Shown here one piece after another: positions 25,405 to 32,000 of a stretch of 32,000 bases of DNA (positions are counted from its first letter, which is position 1; every line of letters starts with the position of its first letter). Source of the DNA: Flavobacteriaceae bacterium (GTDB taxonomy: Bacteria; Bacteroidota; Bacteroidia; Flavobacteriales; Flavobacteriaceae); contig OZ245049.1 of assembly GCA_965224465.1 (NCBI GenBank), positions 2,460,001-2,492,000 on the forward strand. The letters run 5' to 3'. Under the pieces are notes generated by a model, which ran no database searches, was not told the origin of the DNA, and was given only the letters and a program-made list of their open reading frames with translations. Made by a program: the position numbers and the translations under genes.

Positions 25405-27588
25405 TTGAAAATAACTTCTAAAATATTCGTCACATTTAGCATCATTCTAGTTGTAAGTTGTTCAACCAAAAAGGATTCACTTATTTCAAGAAATTTCCAT
25501 ACGTTAACAACAAAATACAACGTGTTGTTTAATGGTCAAGAATCTTTCAAGAAAGGATTGGAAGACATAAACGCCTCATACAAGGACAACTACTGGGAAC
25601 TCCTACCTATAGAACCCTTAAAGGTAGAAGAAAAAATAGTGGCAAAAGTACCAGATACAAGCAGTACAAAAGCTACTGGACCATTTGCATTGGCTGAAGA
25701 GAAATCTGTAAAAGCGATTCAGCGCCATTCTATGAACATCAAAGGAAGAGAGCGCAATAGGCAAATAGATGACGCCTATTTACTACTAGGAAAAGCACGA
25801 TATTATTCCAGCAGATTTGTTCCTGCCTTAGAAGCATTCAACTATGTAATTGAACATTACCCAGGTGCAAATTTAATTGCAGAGACTGTAGTTTGGCAAG
25901 CGAAAACACAAATACGCCTACGAAATGAAGAGCAGGCCATCCTTTCTTTAAAAAGGATCTTAAAATGGGAATATATAGATAAAAAAAACACAGAAGACGC
26001 ACATACTGCCTTGGCAATGGCATATCTAAGTACAGACAGTATACAGATGGTAATTAATCATCTCAACAAATCTGTACGTACAGACGAGAATAAGCCTCAA
26101 CATGCTCGGAATTTATTTATCCTAGGACAATTGTACAGAACTCAGCAAAAGATTGACTCTTCTAACTACGCATTTAACAAGGTCCTAAATTATAAAAAAT
26201 CACCTTATAAATATATAATCCACAGTCAAATTGAAAAAGCGAAGAATACATCTAATGGAACTAACAATAAAGAATTAGAACATGTATTCTCAAAACTGGT
26301 TAAAGATCGTGACAATCGTCCATTTTTAGACAAACTCTATTATCATTCAGGTAATATTGCAAAGAAATTGGGAAAGGAATCAGAAGCTATTGCCTTTTAT
26401 AAAAAATCGATACATGCTAAGAGTGCTGAAAACCATCAAAAAAGTTTGTCTTATCAAGCTTTAGGAGATATTAACTTTGATAAATCACACTTTATAGTTG
26501 CAGGTGCCTATTACGATAGCATCCTATCTATAGCCCCCGATAAAAATATCAAACGCATCCGTCAAATCATTCGTAAAAGAGCAAATTTAAACGATGTGAT
26601 AACACAGGAATACATTGCTAGCACCAACGATAGTATCCTAAACGTTATCTCTCTAGATAAACTAGGCAGGATTACTTATTTTGAAGATCACATCGCTCAA
26701 TTAAAAAAAGCGGACGAGGCACTTAAAAAAACAAAAGCAACATACAGCACTGGATTCGGTAAGTCACTAACAGGTGCAAATAAAACAGCCTTAAAAAAAT
26801 CAAACACTTGGTATTTTTACAATGTACAAACCATCGGATTTGGAGCACAAGAATTCACCCAAATATGGGGAACAAGACCCTTGGAAGATAACTGGAGAGT
26901 GTCTAATAAAACAGTATTACACACACAAATCACAACTCTAACAAGTAAAAGCGAAGAAAAAACAAGAGACAGCCTAAGATATAGCGTCGATTTTTACTTG
27001 AGTCAAGTACCCACAGAGAAAAAAGAGATAGACTCTATTACTTTAACACGAAACAAAGCGTACTTTAATTTAGGTCTTATATATAAGGAGCAATTTAAAA
27101 TTGCTAAGGTAGCCATAGATAGATTTGAAAAACTTCTTACACTTCCACAAAACAAGAACTGGAGACTCCCAAGCAATTACCATCTCTACAAATTATACGC
27201 AAAAATAGATTCAGAAAAATCCGAACTGTACAAGCAACACGTATTAACAGAATATGAAGACTCCAAATACGCTCAAATAATTCTAAACCCAAACAAAGTA
27301 GTTGCAGAAGCAAACAGTTCAGATACTCCAGAAAAAATATATGCCACCACCTATTATTTATACAAAGATAACAAGTATCAGGAAGTTGTAACAAAAGCAA
27401 CTAAGTACATACATATATACGAAAGTAAACCTATTGTTCCAAAATTTGAACTCTTAAAAGCCTATAGCATTGGCAAACTAAAAGGCAGTACTGCATTTAA
27501 GGAAGCATTGGAATTTATACAAATAAACTATCCGAACACGGAAGAAGCAGACAAAGCAACCCAATTAATTAATAAACTTAAAAAATAA
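25405..27588 (+). CDS. sprE: T9SS/gliding-motility lipoprotein SprE (PorW-like), TPR-containing
   Basis: 727 aa with a TTG start and the lipobox LVVSCSTKKDS. The SRNFHTLTTKYNVLFNG opening is typical of SprE. TPR-like helical repeats follow. Confidence 0.75.
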   Translation: MKITSKIFVTFSIILVVSCSTKKDSLISRNFHTLTTKYNVLFNGQESFKKGLEDINASYKDNYWELLPIEPLKVEEKIVAKVPDTSSTKATGPFALAEEKSVKAIQRHSMNIKGRERNRQIDDAYLLLGKARYYSSRFVPALEAFNYVIEHYPGANLIAETVVWQAKTQIRLRNEEQAILSLKRILKWEYIDKKNTEDAHTALAMAYLSTDSIQMVINHLNKSVRTDENKPQHARNLFILGQLYRTQQKIDSSNYAFNKVLNYKKSPYKYIIHSQIEKAKNTSNGTNNKELEHVFSKLVKDRDNRPFLDKLYYHSGNIAKKLGKESEAIAFYKKSIHAKSAENHQKSLSYQALGDINFDKSHFIVAGAYYDSILSIAPDKNIKRIRQIIRKRANLNDVITQEYIASTNDSILNVISLDKLGRITYFEDHIAQLKKADEALKKTKATYSTGFGKSLTGANKTALKKSNTWYFYNVQTIGFGAQEFTQIWGTRPLEDNWRVSNKTVLHTQITTLTSKSEEKTRDSLRYSVDFYLSQVPTEKKEIDSITLTRNKAYFNLGLIYKEQFKIAKVAIDRFEKLLTLPQNKNWRLPSNYHLYKLYAKIDSEKSELYKQHVLTEYEDSKYAQIILNPNKVVAEANSSDTPEKIYATTYYLYKDNKYQEVVTKATKYIHIYESKPIVPKFELLKAYSIGKLKGSTAFKEALEFIQINYPNTEEADKATQLINKLKK

Positions 27589-27593
27589 CCCTC

Positions 27594-27989
27594 ATGTTTA
27601 CAGAAAAAACATCAAAACCAGCGCAAGCCCAAGCTCGCAATGTCATAGGACAAAACACACATATAGTAGGAGATATAAAATCCGAAGGAGACTTTAGAAT
27701 AGACGGAAGTGTAGAAGGCACCATTAGTACATCTGGAAGAGTTGTAATTGGTAAAGACGGAAAGGTAAAAGGAAAAGTTACATGTCAAAATGCTGAGATA
27801 GAAGGAGATTTCTCAGGAAACCTTATTGTAAACGATGTTTTAACATTAAAATCAACCTCAAAAATTACAGGAGAAGTCAGCATAGGAAAACTATCTGTAG
27901 AACCAGGAGCTACGTTTAACGCAACCTGTGCCATGAAAGGATCTGTAAAAGAATTGAAACATGGAAAAAAAATCGAAAAAACAGCTTAA
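27594..27989 (+). CDS. Bactofilin family cytoskeletal protein
   Basis: 131 aa. Repetitive beta-helix pattern: GDIKSEGDFRIDGSVEGTISTSGRVVIGKDGKVKGKVTCQNAEIEGDFSGNL...GEVSIGKLSVEPGATF. Confidence 0.8.
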   Translation: MFTEKTSKPAQAQARNVIGQNTHIVGDIKSEGDFRIDGSVEGTISTSGRVVIGKDGKVKGKVTCQNAEIEGDFSGNLIVNDVLTLKSTSKITGEVSIGKLSVEPGATFNATCAMKGSVKELKHGKKIEKTA

Positions 27990-28179
27990 CAAGTATTTAC
28001 AGTTAAGCAGTGTAGGTCTACAAATGGGCATCTCTATATATTTAGGTGCCTATTTAGGTAAAAAACTAGATGCCAAATACCAATTTGAAAAACCCGTATT
28101 CACCATTGCCTTTATTCTAATAGCACTCATTTTCTCAATGTACAGTTTACTACAAAAATTAAAACGATTAGATCCGTAA
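27961..28179 (+). CDS. AtpZ/AtpI-like small membrane protein
   Basis: 72 aa with a basic N-terminus and two helices (LQMGISIYLGAYLGKKLD). It is at the head of the atp cluster and overlaps the bactofilin 3' end by 29 nt. Confidence 0.6.
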   Translation: MEKKSKKQLNKYLQLSSVGLQMGISIYLGAYLGKKLDAKYQFEKPVFTIAFILIALIFSMYSLLQKLKRLDP

Positions 28180-28560
28180 ATGAATCCTATATTAAAATTT
28201 ACACTCAAACTACTCCTTCTCTTGGGCCTCTTATTTATGATACATATAGGTTCTCTCGCTGTTGTGAAGTTTTCTCTATTTGAAAATCATATCATCGCAT
28301 CCTATATCATACACTTTGTATTAGCCGTTTTTATTTATGCCATATTATACATTCGACGAATTCCCCAACACAGTGTGTTAGGCTTTCTATTTATGGCAGG
28401 AAGTATGCTTAAATTTATTGTGTTTTTCGCGATTTTCAGTCCGTGGTTCAAACAAGATGGCGAGATCTCAAAATTAGAATTTGCATCCTTCTTTGTACCT
28501 TATATAGCCTGCTTAGTCTACGAATCTATTGCTTTGAGCAAATTGCTGAATTCTAACTAA
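28180..28560 (+). CDS. Small polytopic membrane protein of unknown function upstream of atpB
   Basis: 126 aa with about 4 hydrophobic helices. It abuts the stop codon of the previous gene. Confidence 0.5.
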   Translation: MNPILKFTLKLLLLLGLLFMIHIGSLAVVKFSLFENHIIASYIIHFVLAVFIYAILYIRRIPQHSVLGFLFMAGSMLKFIVFFAIFSPWFKQDGEISKLEFASFFVPYIACLVYESIALSKLLNSN

Positions 28561-28636
28561 TACTCACATAATATAACGAAGTTTCAATCCTTCAAAACAA
28601 AAGATAAAATATATTTTAGTTTATAAGATAAAAGCT

Positions 28637-28644
28637 TACATTTG
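28637..28644 (+). promoter_or_regulatory. Candidate -7 promoter box for atpBEFHA
   Basis: TACATTTG matches TAnnTTTG, about 35 nt upstream of the atpB ATG. Confidence 0.4.
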
Positions 28645-28679
28645 CACTTATTTTAAAGTGACCACTATAAATAAGTGAT

Positions 28680-29768
28680 ATGCAAATAAGAAACCTAGTT
28701 ACAACACTAACTTTAGTACTTTTTTTTACATGTTTTTCAGCCTTTTCGTCAACGAAAGATGGGCATGAATCCCCTACAGAAAAACCTGATATAAAAACAG
28801 AGATAAAAGAATTTATACAACACCATTTACAGGATTCTTACGATTTTGGAATTACTGCATGGAAGACGGAAGATGGAAGCATGAAGCATTTAGGGCTACC
28901 ATTGCCCATTATTTTATTTGACGATGGCGTTCAAATATTTATGTCTTCTAAGTTTCACCACGGTGAAACGGTGGCAGAAAACAACGGTAATTTTTACAAG
29001 ATTTACCATTCTAAAATTTACAAGACAGATGCTGCTGGAACCATCGATTTAGATGAGCACCACCACGCAACAAATGTAAAACCAATAGATTTTTCGATCA
29101 CAAAAAATGTGGTTGCCATTTTGTTTATAGCTTTAATGATGGTATTACTTTTTAGTAGTCTTGCCAAATCTTATGCTAAAAACAATGGAATTCCTACGGG
29201 AATGGGACGCTTTTTTGAGCCTATCATTTTATACATTAGAGATGACATAGCCATTCCAAACATTGGAGAGAAACACTATAAAAGATACATGAGTTTCCTA
29301 TTAACCGTATTCTTCTTTATATGGTTTGTAAACTTATTAGGATTAACACCATTAGGAGTAAATGTAACAGGAAATATTGCAGTGACATTGGCATTGGCAT
29401 TAATCACCTATTTAATCACCACATTTACTGCGAAAAAAGACTACTGGAAACATATTTTTTGGATGCCAGGAGTACCAAAACTAATGCGACCTATACTCGC
29501 ACCCATAGAATTATTAGGGACATTTATTAAGCCGTTTTCTTTGATGATACGATTGTATGCAAACATGACTGCAGGGCATATCGTACTAGGAAGTATTATT
29601 GGATTAATGTTTGTATTTAAAAGTTGGATAGGAAGTCCATTATCATTTGGATTGGCTTTTGGATTATCATTATTAGAATTATTAGTTGCTGCATTACAAG
29701 CGTATATATTTACGATGTTATCGGCATTATATTTTGGATCTGCTGTTGAAGAGCACGACCAACACTAA
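28680..29768 (+). CDS. atpB: F0F1 ATP synthase subunit a
   Basis: 362 aa. The long N-terminal extension is typical of Bacteroidota. The conserved LMIRLYANMTAGH (essential Arg) is present. Confidence 0.92.
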   Translation: MQIRNLVTTLTLVLFFTCFSAFSSTKDGHESPTEKPDIKTEIKEFIQHHLQDSYDFGITAWKTEDGSMKHLGLPLPIILFDDGVQIFMSSKFHHGETVAENNGNFYKIYHSKIYKTDAAGTIDLDEHHHATNVKPIDFSITKNVVAILFIALMMVLLFSSLAKSYAKNNGIPTGMGRFFEPIILYIRDDIAIPNIGEKHYKRYMSFLLTVFFFIWFVNLLGLTPLGVNVTGNIAVTLALALITYLITTFTAKKDYWKHIFWMPGVPKLMRPILAPIELLGTFIKPFSLMIRLYANMTAGHIVLGSIIGLMFVFKSWIGSPLSFGLAFGLSLLELLVAALQAYIFTMLSALYFGSAVEEHDQH

Positions 29769-29800
29769 CAAGAATGTTTAATTAATTAAATTTATATATT

Positions 29801-29989
29801 ATGACAATTCCAAGTATTATTGGTTCAGGTTTAATCGTAATCGGTGCAGGTTTAGGTATCGGTAAAATTGGTAGTTCAGCAATGGACGCAATTGCACGTC
29901 AACCAGAAGCATCAGGGAAAATTCAAACAGCTATGTTGATTGCAGCAGCGCTAATTGAAGGGATCGGATTTGCAGCATTATTTGCATAA
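29801..29989 (+). CDS. atpE: F0F1 ATP synthase subunit c
   Basis: 62 aa hairpin proteolipid with ARQPE and the carboxylate motif AALIEGI. Confidence 0.93.
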   Translation: MTIPSIIGSGLIVIGAGLGIGKIGSSAMDAIARQPEASGKIQTAMLIAAALIEGIGFAALFA

Positions 29990-29996
29990 ATGATAC

Positions 29997-30033
29997 AAAT
30001 AGCAATTACAACGGTTGGTTGTAATTGCTATTT
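29997..30033 (+). terminator. Strong intra-operon hairpin after atpE (attenuator or mRNA-stabilising structure)
   Basis: Perfect 16-bp inverted repeat AAATAGCAATTACAAC-ggttg-GTTGTAATTGCTATTT followed by ATTT. No long T run follows. Confidence 0.5.
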
Positions 30034-30072
30034 ATTTAAAAAAATTAAACAACATTAAACGATTATCGAACG

Positions 30073-30570
30073 ATGGAAAAATTAATGAATGACTTTTCTT
30101 TAGGCTTATTTGTCTATATGGGCCTAATCTTTATTTTCTTAGTTTTATTGTTAAAGAAATTAGCGTGGAAACCTATTTTAGATGCAGTTAATGAAAGAGA
30201 AGACGGAATTAGAGATGCATTAGCAGCAGCAGAGAACGCAAAGAAAGAATTAGAAAATTTAAACGCAGACAACGAACGTATTTTAAAAGAAGCGCGTGCA
30301 GAACGTGATGCCTTATTAAAAGATGCTCGTGAGATGAAAGATACAATTATTTCAGAAGCAAAAACAGCTGCCAAAGAACAACAAAACATAATTGTTGAAC
30401 AAGCTAAAGTAGCCATCGAGAGCGAAAAGCAAGCAGCCATAGCTGACATCAAAAAACAAGTAGCTACCTTATCTATTGCAATTGCAGAGAAAGTAATACG
30501 TAAAGAATTAGCAAGTGACGAAAAGCAAGCAAGTTTAGTCGCCGACATGTTAAAAGAAGTCAACATTTAA
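30073..30570 (+). CDS. atpF: F0F1 ATP synthase subunit b
   Basis: 165 aa with a single N-terminal TM helix followed by a long A/E/K-rich coiled coil. Confidence 0.9.
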   Translation: MEKLMNDFSLGLFVYMGLIFIFLVLLLKKLAWKPILDAVNEREDGIRDALAAAENAKKELENLNADNERILKEARAERDALLKDAREMKDTIISEAKTAAKEQQNIIVEQAKVAIESEKQAAIADIKKQVATLSIAIAEKVIRKELASDEKQASLVADMLKEVNI

Positions 30571-30580
30571 TAAGTGTACA

Positions 30581-31120
30581 ATGAGTGAAACAAGAGCAGC
30601 AATCCGCTACGCTAAAGCAATGTTAAGTTTTGCACAAGACAAGCAAAACGAAGATGCAATATTTGACGACATGTCGTTAGTAATTGCTACTGTTGAACAA
30701 ACTGTAGCCTTAAAACAATTGCTTTCTAGCCCCGTTGTTAAAAGTGATGTAAAGCAAAACATCTTAACCAAAATTTTTGGTGAAGCAACAACAGAAGCTA
30801 CTGCAAGTTTGATACAATTATTAATCAAAAATAAACGTTTGCCTATTTTGGAAGAAGTAGCCAAGCAATATATTGTTTTATACGATAAGTTAAAAGGAAA
30901 AGAGGTTGCTATTGTTACCACAGCAATCCCATTAACCGAAGCGTTAAATACACAAGTATTAGCCAAAGTAAAAGAAATTACAGGCAAAGAAGCAATAATT
31001 AAAAACACGATAGACCCAACCATTATTGGAGGTTTTATCTTACGCATAGGAGATGTACAATACGATGCAAGTATTGCAAACAAACTAAGTGCATTAAAAC
31101 AAGAATTTACTCAAAACTAA
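30581..31120 (+). CDS. atpH: F0F1 ATP synthase subunit delta (OSCP)
   Basis: 179 aa. It has RYAKAML at the N-terminus and IIGGFILRIGDVQYDASI near the C-terminus, and sits between atpF and atpA. Confidence 0.9.
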   Translation: MSETRAAIRYAKAMLSFAQDKQNEDAIFDDMSLVIATVEQTVALKQLLSSPVVKSDVKQNILTKIFGEATTEATASLIQLLIKNKRLPILEEVAKQYIVLYDKLKGKEVAIVTTAIPLTEALNTQVLAKVKEITGKEAIIKNTIDPTIIGGFILRIGDVQYDASIANKLSALKQEFTQN

Positions 31121-31151
31121 TCAAATTAGATTCGTTTAAAAATAACTAAAA

Positions 31152-32000
31152 ATGGCAGCAATAAAACCAGCTGAAGTTTCAGCAATTTTAAAAGAACAAT
31201 TATCTGGGTTCGATGCATCAGCCTCTCTAGACGAAGTAGGAACAGTACTTCAAATAGGTGATGGAATTGCTCGTGTACACGGACTTTCTAATGTACAGTA
31301 TGGAGAGCTCGTTGAATTTGCAACAGGCTTAGAAGGTATTGTATTGAACTTAGAAGAAGACAATGTAGGAGTTGTATTACTAGGTGATTCAGTAGAAATT
31401 AAAGAAGGAGCTATCGTAAAACGTACCGAAAGAATTGCCTCTATCAATGTAGGTGATGGAATTTCTGGTCGTGTGGTAGATACTTTAGGAAATCCTATCG
31501 ATGGAAAAGGACCTATTGTAGGAGAAACTTTCCAAATGCCACTAGAGCGTAAAGCGCCAGGAGTATTATTTCGTCAACCTGTAACAGAGCCATTACAAAC
31601 TGGTATTAAAGCAATAGACGCCATGATCCCTATAGGACGTGGACAACGTGAGCTTATTATTGGTGACCGTCAAACTGGTAAATCTACCGTGGCGATCGAT
31701 ACAATTATCAATCAAAAAGAATTTTACGATGCAGGGGAACCTGTATTTTGTATCTATGTAGCTATTGGACAAAAAGCTTCTACTGTAGCAGGAATTGCTC
31801 AAATGTTAGAAGAAAAAGGTGCCATGGCTTATACAACTATCGTTGCAGCAAATGCATCAGATCCAGCAGCAATGCAAGTGTATGCTCCAATGGCGGGTGC
31901 GTCTATTGGTGAGTACTTTAGAGACACTGGTCGTCCTGCATTAATTGTATTTGATGATTTGTCTAAACAAGCCGTAGCTTACCGTGAAATTTCATTATTA
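31152..32000 (+). CDS. atpA: F0F1 ATP synthase subunit alpha, N-terminal 283 aa (runs off the right edge)
   Basis: Starts [17 protein letters not shown] and contains [10 protein letters not shown] and the Walker [10 protein letters not shown]. It is open to the window end. Confidence 0.95.
   Translation, partial: MAAIKPAEVSAILKEQLSGFDASASLDEVGTVLQIGDGIARVHGLSNVQYGELVEFATGLEGIVLNLEEDNVGVVLLGDSVEIKEGAIVKRTERIASINVGDGISGRVVDTLGNPIDGKGPIVGETFQMPLERKAPGVLFRQPVTEPLQTGIKAIDAMIPIGRGQRELIIGDRQTGKSTVAIDTIINQKEFYDAGEPVFCIYVAIGQKASTVAGIAQMLEEKGAMAYTTIVAANASDPAAMQVYAPMAGASIGEYFRDTGRPALIVFDDLSKQAVAYREISLL

Noticed and set aside
25226-25408. 60-aa ORF upstream of sprE
   Set aside because: It is Lys/Asn-rich and low-complexity, lies in an A/T-rich intergenic promoter region, and shows no coupling or motif. 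It is probably non-coding.
11910-27588. Link between the toxins and the T9SS, given that sprE/porW is nearby
   Set aside because: The effector candidates have no N-terminal signal peptide and no recognisable T9SS C-terminal sorting domain. sprE sits in the conserved flank with bactofilin and atp genes, and the PAAR gene points to a contractile injection route instead.
30114-31083. Two long minus-strand ORFs (150 aa and 158 aa) opposite atpF and atpH
   Set aside because: Both are antisense shadows of Ala/Lys/Glu-rich coiled-coil genes. The plus-strand products are unmistakable ATP synthase b and delta subunits in correct operon order.

Overview
Low-GC chromosome segment that looks like Flavobacteriaceae (Bacteroidota). 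The taxon call rests on a SprE/PorW-type lipoprotein, a DUF4270-like lipoprotein, TAnnTTTG -7 boxes and the gene order, and is an inference. The flanks are ordinary housekeeping genes. On the left (1-8.8 kb): radA (partial), a flippase-like membrane protein, panD, panC, a short glycogen-synthase-like gene, a DUF4270-like lipoprotein, glmS and a ThrE-family exporter. On the right (22.3-32 kb): an AlbA_2/Schlafen-like protein, an SDR oxidoreductase, a lipoprotein, sprE, a bactofilin, and the F-ATPase operon atpZ-like, atpB, atpE, atpF, atpH and atpA (partial). Between them sit a TSP3/LRR surface lipoprotein (9.3-10.8 kb) and an accessory island of about 10.8 kb (11.4-22.2 kb), which is the interesting part. 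The island begins with a tightly coupled operon: a PAAR spike-tip protein, a 1033-aa multidomain effector, a lipoprotein, a small M23-like protein and a second lipoprotein. The effector has an N-terminal split LytM/M23-like domain and a C-terminal domain with LAS-type zinc-peptidase motifs. Downstream is an array of silent cassettes: a start-less orphan copy of the effector C-terminal toxin domain with its own lipoprotein gene, then a degraded third toxin remnant behind a (GAA)10 tract with another lipoprotein gene. These are interleaved with three direct copies (two full, one truncated) of a 619-bp unit encoding a 178-aa unknown protein, and two copies of a 134-bp junction repeat. I read this as a contractile-injection (T6SS-iii or eCIS) associated polymorphic peptidoglycan-hydrolase toxin/immunity locus that can swap cassettes by recombination. 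No secretion-apparatus genes, integrase, transposase, tRNA, rRNA or CRISPR array are visible in the window. Domain calls come from motifs read in the translations, not from database searches.
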